Assembly (NCBI GenBank): GCA_964437385.1 | Contig: CAYTGX010000007.1 | Coordinates: 103 to 64,102 of the forward strand | From: an uncultured Spirochaetaceae bacterium | GTDB taxonomy: Bacteria; Spirochaetota; Spirochaetia; SZUA-6; Fen-1364 | Direction of reading: 5' to 3' | DNA: 64,000 nt | Shown here: positions 9,662-18,120 of the stretch, one piece after another | How positions within the stretch are numbered: position 1 is the first letter of the stretch | Layout of the letters: every line of letters begins with the position of its first letter | Notes under the pieces: model-generated | Seen by the model: only the letters and a program-made list of their open reading frames with translations | What the model was told of the DNA's origin: nothing | Database searches by the model: none | Position numbers and translations under genes: made by a program

Positions 9662-10589
9662 AATAGACCCAGGAAGTTGCGCTTCGAAGAAGAAGCACGG
9701 TGCAGATCAGCAGAAGGAGAAAGAGGACCCACGCCAGCGCGGACGCGTATCCCATCTTGAACCATTGAAAGGCGTTTCGGTACAGGTACATGACGTATGC
9801 AAGGGTTGCATAATTGGGTCCGCCGGCGGTCATGATGTACGGCTGGGTGAAGAGCTGAAGCGAATTGATGATCCCGACGATTACGTTGTAGAGCAGGACG
9901 GGCGTGATCATGGGGATGGTAATGCGAAAAAAGGTCTGCGGCCTGTTTGCGCCGTCCATCCATGCGGCCTCGTAAAGCTGCGTGGGGATTCCTTGAAGCC
10001 CTGCCAGATAGATGATCATTGTTCCGCCGACCTGCCAGAGACCCATGACGACGAGGGAAGGAAGGGCCCACAACGGATCCTGAAGCCACGCCGGACCGCT
10101 TATTCCGAGCGTCTTCAGGAACGTGTTGAGCAGGCCGAACTCAGGATGGTAGATCCAGACCCAGAGCAGGCTGACCGCGACTCCGGAAACGACCGACGGA
10201 AGATAGAAAAGAGTGCGAAAGAAGGACAAGAGCGGTATCTTTTGATTCATCAGGACGGCGATCGACAGACCGAGAACGAGCGAGAGGGGAACGCTGGAGG
10301 CCGTATAGAGTCCCGTGACCTTCAAGGACTGCCAGAAGAGCCTGTCATGGAGCAACCGGGAAAAATTGGCAAACCCGACGAAGCGTGCCGGCGACAAGAG
10401 GTCCCAGTTGAACAGGCTCAAGGCAAGAGAGACGATGATGGGCCCCCCCATGAGAAAGACGAAGCCGGTCAGCCATGGGGAGATGAAGAGGTATCCCCAT
10501 GCCGCTTCTTTCCTTTGCATTCGCGAGTGTGCCATCCGCGCGTTCGCCTCTTCCCTCGGGGACCGTGCCCGTGGGTGTCCTGCGGGCAT
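9603..10589 (-). CDS. carbohydrate ABC transporter permease (MalF/CUT1 type)
   Basis: EAA loop YEAAWMDGANRPQTFFRITIPMITP with six predicted TM stretches. The likely start is internal (MAHSRMQRKEAAWGYLF). Confidence 0.9.
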   Translation of the reverse strand: MPAGHPRARSPREEANARMAHSRMQRKEAAWGYLFISPWLTGFVFLMGGPIIVSLALSLFNWDLLSPARFVGFANFSRLLHDRLFWQSLKVTGLYTASSVPLSLVLGLSIAVLMNQKIPLLSFFRTLFYLPSVVSGVAVSLLWVWIYHPEFGLLNTFLKTLGISGPAWLQDPLWALPSLVVMGLWQVGGTMIIYLAGLQGIPTQLYEAAWMDGANRPQTFFRITIPMITPVLLYNVIVGIINSLQLFTQPYIMTAGGPNYATLAYVMYLYRNAFQWFKMGYASALAWVLFLLLLICTVLLLRSATSWVYYESETPSRKKDATKHALRK

Positions 10590-10649
10590 ACTATGCCCGC
10601 CACCGATGCGGAATCGCGGCGGTGGCGGATAATCCTCGAAATCGCGCTC

Positions 10650-11924
10650 CTATTGCTTGAGCATGGGATCGATCTGTTGCGTGGCCGATTCCATCGCCTC
10701 GGTGACGGACTTCTGACCGAGCAGCGCCGATTGCAGCTCGCTCTCGATGATGCTGTCCATCTGATCGTACTGGGCGATGAAATCAGGAGCGACGCCGAAC
10801 TCCATGGCGCGCTGGTACTTCTTCATCTTGGGGTCCTTGATGACGGCGTCCTTGGTCGACGGCAGCACGCCCGCCTCGGTCATGATTTTCAGGCAGTCCG
10901 GATCCATGCCGAGAAACTTGATCAGCGTCCACGCGGCTTCCACATTGTTCGTGCTCTTCGGCATGACAACGGAGCACGTCTCAAACTCCGTGACCCTCTT
11001 GCCGTTGCGCAGGGGGGGCAGACCGACGTCCCATTTGAACTTCGCGTCCTTGAACGCCGCCAGACCCCAGGGGTGGGCCCATATCGTGGCGACTTTGCCG
11101 TCGGTAAATTGCTGGGTGTAGGTGAGACCGGCGATCGACTGCGTCGTCGGGGTCGACTTGTCCTTCAAGGCCATGTCAACGAGGAATTGATATGCCTCGA
11201 TCGTCTGCGGGGAGGTGAGAGCGGAGGCATCCGCGGTCACATTGACCCACGTTCCGCCGTTGTTGTACACGAACCCCCACGGGATGGCGCCCCCGAGGCC
11301 GGTGAAGAGGGGCCCGCCGAACTGCGAACCATCCGCCTTGGTCAGCTTCTTCATCGTCGCGCGGTATTCGTCCCAGTCCCAGTTCTCATTGTAGGTGACG
11401 CCGGCGGCTTTGAACGCATCGACGTTATAGATGATCGTCAGGGGGCTGTTCCAGGTGGGCAGGCCATAGTAGGCCCCGCTCACCCGTCTGATCGCATGAG
11501 GCTTTCCATCCGAAGTGACGAATGCGAGCGCGGGCTGAAGGAATTTGTCGACGGGAACCTTGTCCCGTTTGAACAGGGAGGTGAGATCTTTGAGGACCCC
11601 CTTGGACACGAACTCCGTAATTCCCAGCTCGGAGAGGACGAAAACATCCGGAAGGTTCCCCCCCGCGGCGCGAACCACCAACTTGTCGTGGAGGTCGCCA
11701 AAGGGCGCCGTGGTAAGATTCACGGAAATGTTTGGGTATTTTTTCGCAAACACTTCGAGGTATTGCTTCTCCATGACCAACTCGTACGGCTGCGCCCATA
11801 CCGCGTATTCGATGGTTGTCTTGTTCGCCGCGGCAGACGCCGGAGACGCCGCAGCAATGATGAAGGTCAGCACGATCCCCCCGATCAGAGCAAGCATTCC
11901 AAGCCCACGCAATCCTCTGCGCAT
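10650..11924 (-). CDS. ABC transporter extracellular solute-binding protein (sugar, family 1)
   Basis: The ORF track gives 10650..11966. I prefer the ATG at 11924 (MRRGLRGLGMLALIGG signal peptide), which is preceded by GGAGGAGG. Length and context match a CUT1 binding protein. Confidence 0.85.
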   Translation of the reverse strand: MRRGLRGLGMLALIGGIVLTFIIAAASPASAAANKTTIEYAVWAQPYELVMEKQYLEVFAKKYPNISVNLTTAPFGDLHDKLVVRAAGGNLPDVFVLSELGITEFVSKGVLKDLTSLFKRDKVPVDKFLQPALAFVTSDGKPHAIRRVSGAYYGLPTWNSPLTIIYNVDAFKAAGVTYNENWDWDEYRATMKKLTKADGSQFGGPLFTGLGGAIPWGFVYNNGGTWVNVTADASALTSPQTIEAYQFLVDMALKDKSTPTTQSIAGLTYTQQFTDGKVATIWAHPWGLAAFKDAKFKWDVGLPPLRNGKRVTEFETCSVVMPKSTNNVEAAWTLIKFLGMDPDCLKIMTEAGVLPSTKDAVIKDPKMKKYQRAMEFGVAPDFIAQYDQMDSIIESELQSALLGQKSVTEAMESATQQIDPMLKQ

Positions 11925-11989
11925 AATAGTCCTCCTCCACGATTCGCGTTTTGCCCAAAAGCCCAACTGGCTCTTAGTCTCCTGAAGCC

Positions 11990-13036
11990 CTATCCCCCAT
12001 TCCCCACAATCGCCTTTGTGGATTTGCGCACGATCAATCGAGTCTCGGCGACCACGTTTCTCGACTCCGCCCGCTGGCCACGGGTGCGGAGCATATCGAA
12101 AAGCATGCTCGCGCCACGCTCGCCCATGCCCACCATGGAATAGTGAATCGTCGTGAGCGGCGGATTATAGAAGGCTGCCGCCGAGAGATCGTCGAATCCG
12201 ACAACGGAGACATCACCCGGCACGGAAAGGCCCTCCTCCGCCAACGCGCGGATGGTGCCGAACGCCGAGATGTCGTCGAAGGCGAACACGGCCGTGAACT
12301 CGCCTCGTTTGGTGCGCAGAAGCTGCTTCATCGCCTGGTAGCCTGCCTGTGGCCCCCAACCCGGCGTCGATTCCCGCACGAAGAGATCCTCGCGGACGGG
12401 GATCCCGTGCTCCCTGAGCGCTTGTTCTCCCCCAAGCTGCCGTAGCTGTGAGTCCACGTACATCGCGGGCCCGAGCACGAAGGCGATATCACGGTGGCCA
12501 AGCCCGATCAGGTGCTTGACGGCCATGAAGGCTCCGCCCTGGCTGTCCGTGACTACTGTCGGCACCCCGGAATGACCGACCTCGCGGCCTATTACAACAA
12601 GTGGAATTTGTCCCTTCGCAAGCATCTCGATGCTTCCCCGGTCGATCTGCAGTGAGCTGGCGAGTATCAGGAGTCCCTCGATCCTGTTCTCTTTGAACAT
12701 CTCGATATACCCGGAGAGCTTCGACTCTTCATTCTGGAGGTCGACAAAGACCGGATAATGCCTGTTTTTCGTGATCACCGATTCTGCGCCGCGCATTACC
12801 TGCGCGCAGTAGGGATCGATTATATCGAAAGCAAGGATTCCAATAGTCGAGCTGCGGTTTGTGCGCAGGGCTTTCGCGTACGTATTCGGGCGATAGCCGA
12901 GCCGAGTGGCCGCGGATCGCACCCGGGCGGACGTCGCATCGCTGATTCGCAGCTTCGACGCCGAGTTATTCAAAACCAAGCTGACTGTTGCGGGCGAGAC
13001 GTTTGCTGCTGCTGCGACGTCACGTATGTTCACCAT
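11990..13036 (-). CDS. LacI-family transcriptional regulator
   Basis: N-terminal HTH MVNIRDVAAAANVSPATVSLVLNN followed by a periplasmic-binding-protein-like core. It heads the minus-strand sugar operon. Confidence 0.9.
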   Translation of the reverse strand: MVNIRDVAAAANVSPATVSLVLNNSASKLRISDATSARVRSAATRLGYRPNTYAKALRTNRSSTIGILAFDIIDPYCAQVMRGAESVITKNRHYPVFVDLQNEESKLSGYIEMFKENRIEGLLILASSLQIDRGSIEMLAKGQIPLVVIGREVGHSGVPTVVTDSQGGAFMAVKHLIGLGHRDIAFVLGPAMYVDSQLRQLGGEQALREHGIPVREDLFVRESTPGWGPQAGYQAMKQLLRTKRGEFTAVFAFDDISAFGTIRALAEEGLSVPGDVSVVGFDDLSAAAFYNPPLTTIHYSMVGMGERGASMLFDMLRTRGQRAESRNVVAETRLIVRKSTKAIVGNGG

Positions 13037-13054
13037 AGCTAAATCCTTTTAGTC

Positions 13055-13064
13055 AAATCGATTT
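13055..13064. promoter_or_regulatory. candidate LacI-type operator core (AAATCGATTT palindrome)
   Basis: A perfect 10-bp palindrome sits 19 nt upstream of the lacI-like start. It fits the AA.CG.TT core typical of LacI-family operators. Confidence 0.35.
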
Positions 13065-13128
13065 AGCATACCTGAATTCCCTCAAATTGTCAATTTCTTT
13101 TTTTCGCCTTTTGCCATTCGGTAAATAA

Positions 13129-14175
13129 ATGATAGCAACTCGCCGAATTGACAGTATCCCATTTCGAGCCTACCTTATCTGCTGCATGGTCGCGGATGTC
13201 GCTCAATTCATCGGTGCCGGCGGCGTGATGCGCATAGAGCCGTTGCCAGACGGCAGGCACAAGGTATCTGTCGAGCCTGCCCGCGGATACAGTGTCGCGC
13301 GCCGCAGCTGCGTTACGGCTTACCCGGTGGACCTCATTCGCGAAATCCATTCCGCAAAAGATCTCTACGTCTGCGACGAAATCATGCGCGAGGAGGATCC
13401 ACGATACGTCGAGCACTTTATCCGCCACGAGGTGCTCAGCTACATCGAGCCCGATGAGTTCGCTTCAAAGCGCATTCTGGATTTCGGCTGCGGGTCCGGC
13501 GCATCAGTGATGGTGCTGAGCCGGCTATTGCCCCCGTGCGAGATCGTCGGTATCGAGCTCGAGGAAAGACTCCTGCACATTGCGCGGTTGCGCGCCGAGC
13601 ACTTTGGACGCACATCGCTCAGGCTTCTCAAGTCGCCCTCGGGCGATTCCCTGCCGGAGGATCTGGGCGAGTTCGATTTCGTCATGTTCAACGCCGTGTT
13701 CGAGCACCTCCTGCCGAACGAACGACGCCAACTGCTGCCGAAAGTCTGGAGCCACTTGCGGCTTGGCGGCGTACTGTTTCTGAACCAGACGCCGTACCGC
13801 TATTCCCCCGTCGAAATGCACACGACCGGTGGATTGCCGCTCATCAATTACCTGCCCGACACCCTCGCGTTGCACATCGCCCGGCGCTTCAGCAAGCGTG
13901 TCTCGCCCGCAGAAAAATGGGACAGGCTTCTCCGCCGCGGCATTCGCGGCGGCACTGTTCCTGAAATCTTGGGGATTCTGGGTGGATCTGCACGGGCAAC
14001 ACTCCTCAAGCCTGCGCCGCGTGTCGGCGACCGAATCGATCTGTGGTTCAACAAGCTGGCGCCAACGCATGCATGGCTCAAGCGGAGCATCTGGGCGTCG
14101 TTGAAGGCCATCAAGCTGCTTACGGGGGCCGAGGTCACACCGGAACTCTCCCTCGCCATTCGCAAGGAGGGTTGA
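13129..14175 (+). CDS. class I SAM-dependent methyltransferase
   Basis: Motif I ILDFGCGSGASVMVLS, with FDFVMFNAVFEHL downstream. An alternative start is the ATG at 13228 (MRIEPLPDG). No DNA-methyltransferase DPPY/NPPY-type motif was seen. Confidence 0.75.
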   Translation: MIATRRIDSIPFRAYLICCMVADVAQFIGAGGVMRIEPLPDGRHKVSVEPARGYSVARRSCVTAYPVDLIREIHSAKDLYVCDEIMREEDPRYVEHFIRHEVLSYIEPDEFASKRILDFGCGSGASVMVLSRLLPPCEIVGIELEERLLHIARLRAEHFGRTSLRLLKSPSGDSLPEDLGEFDFVMFNAVFEHLLPNERRQLLPKVWSHLRLGGVLFLNQTPYRYSPVEMHTTGGLPLINYLPDTLALHIARRFSKRVSPAEKWDRLLRRGIRGGTVPEILGILGGSARATLLKPAPRVGDRIDLWFNKLAPTHAWLKRSIWASLKAIKLLTGAEVTPELSLAIRKEG

Positions 14176-14240
14176 AAACCTCGAGCGAATAATCGGACCT
14201 CTCGTTCAACCTGTTAGAATTAGAGAACGGGCGCGATTCT

Positions 14241-14640
14241 ATGCGCGGACTGTCAGAAGCCGCCGCAATTGGTGCAGATACTCACGGTCGTCTGAGACGT
14301 ATCCCGTTTGCTTCGACGCTTCTTCGAGTTGCTTCAGGGCGGTGGTGCCTTTCAGCAGCGCCTGAAGTCTTTGTCCGTACTGAGGATCGCGGCACTATTG
14401 CCTGCTGCAACCGAACAGATGAGAAAATCAATGTGCGATCCCTGCACTCCCGCCCGGCGACAGCTGTTGGAGAACTCCGCCGCGCGTTCATAGTCGAACC
14501 CATTATCCGGCCGACTCTGACCTTGCGGATGAGGCCCTCTGCGGACCAGGAGTGCTTGCGCGAACAAGCGGCGTGACGGCGAAGCCGTATTGTTCTTGCA
14601 TGGGAATCCATTCTTGACTGAAGCTTGGAGGAGCCATTAG
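14241..14640 (-). pseudogene. decayed PIN-domain (VapC-like) toxin gene
   Basis: ORF 14352..14567 encodes ...ERAAEFSNSCRRAGVQGSHIDFLICSVAAGNSAAILSTDKDFRRC, the C-terminal half of a PIN domain. The flanking pieces (…GFAVTPLV upstream, LQALLKGTTAL… downstream) lie in other frames, and no N-terminal D-T-x-V motif is present. Confidence 0.45.
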
Positions 14641-14644
14641 CCTT

Positions 14645-15049
14645 ATGTTGATGGAATACAGGGTGGTGCTGGTCCAGTCCGAAGAGGGTTTCTCGGTGAG
14701 TTGCCCGGCGCTTCGTGGCTGTCATTCGCAGGGCTCCACGATGGATGAGGCGTTGGAGAACATCAAGTCGGCAATCCGCGAGTGGCTGGATGCCGAGTCG
14801 GAAAAGAAGTCGAAACTCACCGTCATAGAGCGGACCGTTCGAGGCACTCCATTCGGGCGTTCAGGACCGCGTGTGGGTTGGAGACTTGAATGCTCAACCT
14901 CGGCTTCCCGCATCGCCTCCGCAGTGAGAGGGCTGCATGCGGGAATGAACTGCACGGGCCGACCCGCTGCATTCTTCGATAGTAAGCGCGATCGCTGTGC
15001 AGATCAATCACGGCGAGGGCGAACTTTTTCTCACATTTCCAGCGGGTGA
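14645..15049 (+). CDS. HicB-like (UPF0150) antitoxin-family protein with an atypical C-terminal extension
   Basis: EYRVVLVQSEEGFSVSCPALRGCHSQGSTMDEALENIKSAIREWLD is the classic HicB/UPF0150 fold signature. After about aa 75 the sequence becomes R/G/S-rich and low in information, and it overlaps vapC tail-to-tail. No HicA partner was found. Confidence 0.65.
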   Translation: MLMEYRVVLVQSEEGFSVSCPALRGCHSQGSTMDEALENIKSAIREWLDAESEKKSKLTVIERTVRGTPFGRSGPRVGWRLECSTSASRIASAVRGLHAGMNCTGRPAAFFDSKRDRCADQSRRGRTFSHISSG

Positions 15050-15462
15050 CGCCAGCGAAGGCCGGGGAAGCGCGCATAGTCCTTGTCCGTGCTGATCCAT
15101 TCACTCCCTGATTCAATGGCCAGCGCGGCGAGGTACGCATCTGGGACGAGGTTGCCCCGCGCATCGCACGTTTCGCAAAGGCGCAGGAAGATGCTCCAAT
15201 GTCGGGGCCCCGGGGTGATCACCACCGCGTGCATGTCCTCACGCACCTGGCTGACGAACGCCATCGCCGTTCGGGCGGGACTGGGCGGATCGAAAATACG
15301 CGGATGGGTGAGGATCCGAAGACAACCGCTGAGCACCAGGTCCGAAACGCCGTATGCCGACCCGCTCCGCATCAGCGCTTCCAGCCACGACTTGTACTCA
15401 TCGTGTCGATCGCATTCTTCCCGATGGGCATAGATGAGAACGTTGACGTCACAGAGAATCAT
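15031..15462 (-). CDS. vapC: type II toxin VapC (PIN domain ribonuclease)
   Basis: MILCDVNVLIYAH... and NLVPDAYLAALAIESGSEWISTDKDYARF are PIN acidic motifs. There is a 4-nt overlap with the upstream antitoxin. Confidence 0.85.
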   Translation of the reverse strand: MILCDVNVLIYAHREECDRHDEYKSWLEALMRSGSAYGVSDLVLSGCLRILTHPRIFDPPSPARTAMAFVSQVREDMHAVVITPGPRHWSIFLRLCETCDARGNLVPDAYLAALAIESGSEWISTDKDYARFPGLRWRHPLEM

Positions 15463-15716
15463 CGAACTCCATCCAGGAGGTCGAGCAACTCGCTTGTGCT
15501 GTCCAGGTTCACCCCCCCCTGGAGGCCCTTTCCCCTGAACGTGACGAGCGCCTGGCGCGCTGTGCTGGTCGCGCCTGATCGACGCAAGGCGAGCGCCGCC
15601 CTGATGGCGTCTTCCACCAGGTCCTTGAGAGTGCGGTTGCTTTCCGCTGCGACTCGCTTCAACTCGACAAGCAGGTCATCCTGGACGTCTATCGTCGTTC
15701 TCATACATAAAAACAT
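15459..15716 (-). CDS. vapB: type II antitoxin VapB
   Basis: MRTTIDVQDDLLVELKRVAAESNRTLKDLVEDAIRAAL is a typical VapB N-terminus. An alternative start is the ATG at 15704. Confidence 0.8.
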   Translation of the reverse strand: MFLCMRTTIDVQDDLLVELKRVAAESNRTLKDLVEDAIRAALALRRSGATSTARQALVTFRGKGLQGGVNLDSTSELLDLLDGVR

Positions 15717-15856
15717 ATAAACTACTCACAAATATGTCAACGCGTACCATGCGACGATTCTCCCCTGGCACGAACTATGCGGACAGAATGTCTTCTCTTT
15801 TTGCTGTTTAGTCAAAACGAAGCCGCAACGAGGATCGTATCAGGCTGGAGGACAGG

Positions 15857-16318
15857 TTAACGCAGGTTCTCCTCAAGTCCCTTGCCGACCTTGTCTCCTG
15901 GGCCAGTTTCCCGCTCCATGAGAGACTCGCTCACCGTGATAGTGGCCTCCGCTCGAATAACGGTGTTCCCTTGGGAAGCCACCGCTTCCAGGATGCAGAG
16001 TCCGGGCTCTTGAGGGGCGGTGAATCTGACAATTTCACCGCTTTGCGCTGAAAGCCTGCCCAGCCCTTCCCTTGTCGTCCAGCGGATTTCCGCTCCCTGT
16101 TCTATAGTGCGCCTGCTCTTGTCGCGCAGGACGCAGCGGAAGCCCCGCTCCGCGTTCACCTTCATGACCACTGATGAAGGGGAGATGAGGGCGCTGAAAA
16201 GCGGTCCTGGATAGTTGAAGAACTCCCGCTCGCCGGCGGGCTCATCAAGGTCCACAGCCTGGTCGTCTTGTGCGCGGCTGTCACCGGCGCTGATGGGCTC
16301 GCTTCCCTCCGCAGTCAC
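15857..16318 (-). CDS. hypothetical protein with an Ig-like beta-rich segment; possibly a gene fragment
   Basis: 153-aa ORF with a GTG start and no spaced SD. The frame stays open upstream to a TAG without an ATG. The segment VVMKVNAERGFRCVLRDKSRRTIEQGAEIRWTTREGLGRLSAQSGEIVRFTAPQEPGLCILEAVASQGNTVIRAEATITV looks like a bacterial Ig-like module. Confidence 0.35.
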   Translation of the reverse strand: MTAEGSEPISAGDSRAQDDQAVDLDEPAGEREFFNYPGPLFSALISPSSVVMKVNAERGFRCVLRDKSRRTIEQGAEIRWTTREGLGRLSAQSGEIVRFTAPQEPGLCILEAVASQGNTVIRAEATITVSESLMERETGPGDKVGKGLEENLR

Positions 16319-16462
16319 TCTCCCCCCCGCGTCGCCTGCCTCTGAAGCGGCCGCGGTGGTATCGGACCCAGCCTTCGCCCCATACGCGGACCCGCCATTG
16401 TGCTATGAATCGCTTGACAGTTCAGTGAAGCATGTTATCATTACATCAGGAGTGTAATCATT

Positions 16463-16711
16463 GTGGTGCGCACACAGATCCAGCTTACCGAGCAGCAGGC
16501 GGAGTCGCTGAAGGCTGCGGCGGCTCGTCGCGGTGTGTCCATGGCCGAGCTGATTCGGCAGTCCATCGACCAGCTGCTGGAGAAATCCGGCGATCTCTCC
16601 GTCAGGGAACTGCGCCTGAAAGCGGCAGCCGCAGCAGGGAGATTCAACTCGGGCCAGAGGGACGTCTCGGTTCGGCATGACAATTACCTTGCAGAGGTGC
16701 TCAAGAAGTGA
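16463..16711 (+). CDS. ribbon-helix-helix (CopG/VapB-type) antitoxin
   Basis: MVRTQIQLTEQQAESLKAAAARRGVSMAELIRQSIDQLL is an RHH fold signature. There is a 4-nt overlap with the downstream PIN gene. Confidence 0.8.
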   Translation: MVRTQIQLTEQQAESLKAAAARRGVSMAELIRQSIDQLLEKSGDLSVRELRLKAAAAAGRFNSGQRDVSVRHDNYLAEVLKK

Positions 16712-17109
16712 CAGCGTTTGTTGATACCTCCGCCCTCTTCGCAGTCCTGGATGCGGATGACCAGATGCACTCCCCGGCCCGCAAGGAATGGGAGCGCCTC
16801 CTGCAGACAGACACGTCATTTCGGACCACCAACTATGTGCTGGTGGAAACCTCTGCATTGCTTCAAAGCCGAATCGGGATGGAAGGCCTGAGGGTGTTTG
16901 CCACGGACATTGCCCCTGTGCTGGAAATCATCTGGGTAGACGCCGGCATGCACCTCTCCGCTCAGCATTCCTTGCTTGTGGCCTCCCGACGGGACTTGAG
17001 CCTCGTGGACTGCGTGAGCTTCGAATCAATGAGGCGGCTGGGAATCGAAAGCGTGTTCTGCTTCGATGCCCATTTTGCCCAGCAGGGATTCCAGGTCCTT
17101 CCCGGATGA
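16708..17109 (+). CDS. vapC: type II toxin VapC (PIN domain)
   Basis: MTAFVDTSALFAVLDADD, then VLVETSALL, then SLVDCVSFESMRRLGIESVFCFDAHF are PIN acidic residues in the canonical order. Confidence 0.85.
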   Translation: MTAFVDTSALFAVLDADDQMHSPARKEWERLLQTDTSFRTTNYVLVETSALLQSRIGMEGLRVFATDIAPVLEIIWVDAGMHLSAQHSLLVASRRDLSLVDCVSFESMRRLGIESVFCFDAHFAQQGFQVLPG

Positions 17110-17138
17110 TACGCGCGCCTCTCTCAGCGGCTCACGAG

Positions 17139-17181
17139 CGCCGGAAGAAACAGCGGCGCGGCGCCGCTATTTCTTCCGGCG
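17139..17181. terminator. long GC-rich hairpin between convergent genes (bidirectional terminator candidate)
   Basis: cgccggaagaaaCagcggcgc g gcgccgctAtttcttccggcg forms a 21-bp stem with one mismatch and a 1-nt loop. The right arm overlaps the last codons of the permease gene. Confidence 0.55.
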
Positions 17182-18120
17182 CGAGATCACGGCCGCGAGG
17201 ATGATGAGTCCCTTGACGATCTGCTGGTAGTAGGACTGGACGTTGAACTGGTTGAGCAGGTTGTCAATGAAGCCGAGAGCCAGGACGCCGCAGAAGGTGC
17301 CGATGGCACCGCCGCTGCCGCCGCTCATGACGCCCCCGCCGATCACCACGGCCGCAATGGCGTCCAGCTCGAACCCGGCACCCACGCTGGGCTGGGCAAT
17401 CCCCAGCCTTGAGGCCAGGATGATTCCTGCGGCACTGGCAAGGAACCCGCAGAGCATGTAGGCAAGGATGAGGTGGCCCTTCACGCTGATGCCCGCCAGC
17501 CTCACCGCTTCCACGTTGCCGCCGATGGCCCCGATGGCCCGGCCCGGGATCGTCCGGTTGAGGAAGAACCAGGCCAGGAAGTAGAAGCCGATCATGATGA
17601 GCGGCGCGATGGGAATTGCCCCTATGAAACCGCCGCCCAGCAGGGATCGGAAAAGGGGATCCACCGGGGACTGCGGGGTCTCCGAGAAGACGTAGGTTGC
17701 GCCGCGCACGACCCCCATCGTGGCCAGCGTAACAATGAAGGGCTGGAGCTTGAACCGGGCAATGAAGAAGCCGTTCGCGAAGCCTATCGCCAGGCCGACA
17801 CACAGGGCAACGAAAATGGCCACGGAGGTCGGCATCACCCTCTGGAGCCCGCAGGCCATGATCCCGCACAGGGCAACGGTACAGCCCACCGACAGGTCGA
17901 TGCCGCCCGTGAGGATGACAATGAGCATTCCAATGCTGATGAGGCCGTTCGTGACGACCTGCCGGGAGATATTGAGAAGGTTCCTTGACGTGAAGAACGT
18001 CTCCAGGAGCAGGGAGCTGACCAGGAACAGGACCGCGAAGATCGCCAGAAAGATGAAGTCGGATGAGCGGATCCTGAAAATCGTCCTGGTCCGCTCGATC
18101 AATGGTGCTGTCGTGATCAT
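17167..18120 (-). CDS. sugar ABC transporter permease (CUT2/RbsC type)
   Basis: 317 aa, about 10 hydrophobic segments, a GGIDLSVG motif, and a C-terminal LIILAAVISRRKK. Typical of BPD_transp_2 permeases. Confidence 0.9.
   Translation of the reverse strand: MITTAPLIERTRTIFRIRSSDFIFLAIFAVLFLVSSLLLETFFTSRNLLNISRQVVTNGLISIGMLIVILTGGIDLSVGCTVALCGIMACGLQRVMPTSVAIFVALCVGLAIGFANGFFIARFKLQPFIVTLATMGVVRGATYVFSETPQSPVDPLFRSLLGGGFIGAIPIAPLIMIGFYFLAWFFLNRTIPGRAIGAIGGNVEAVRLAGISVKGHLILAYMLCGFLASAAGIILASRLGIAQPSVGAGFELDAIAAVVIGGGVMSGGSGGAIGTFCGVLALGFIDNLLNQFNVQSYYQQIVKGLIILAAVISRRKK

Noticed and set aside
9498-12143. 881-aa plus-strand ORF spanning the ABC permease/SBP region, and similar long antisense ORFs: 19673..21199 (+), 24074..25126 (-), 30897..32570 (+), 44685..46121 (-), 53121..54779 (-), 57966..59822 (-).
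   Set aside because: They lie entirely opposite genes with unmistakable family motifs. They have R/G/P/A/H-rich, motif-free translations. They are the expected stop-codon-poor antisense frames of GC-rich DNA.
14440-15030. Search for a HicA toxin partner of the HicB-like gene on both sides and both strands.
   Set aside because: No frame gives the HicA pattern (…GSH……VPxH…L..GTL..IL.Q.G). The short frames I translated terminate within 10-15 codons.
15766-15780. TGGCAC-gaact-ATGC, a sigma-54-like sequence on the plus strand.
   Set aside because: The -12 box is ATGC, not TTGC. The next downstream gene (15857..16318) is on the opposite strand, so there is nothing for it to drive.
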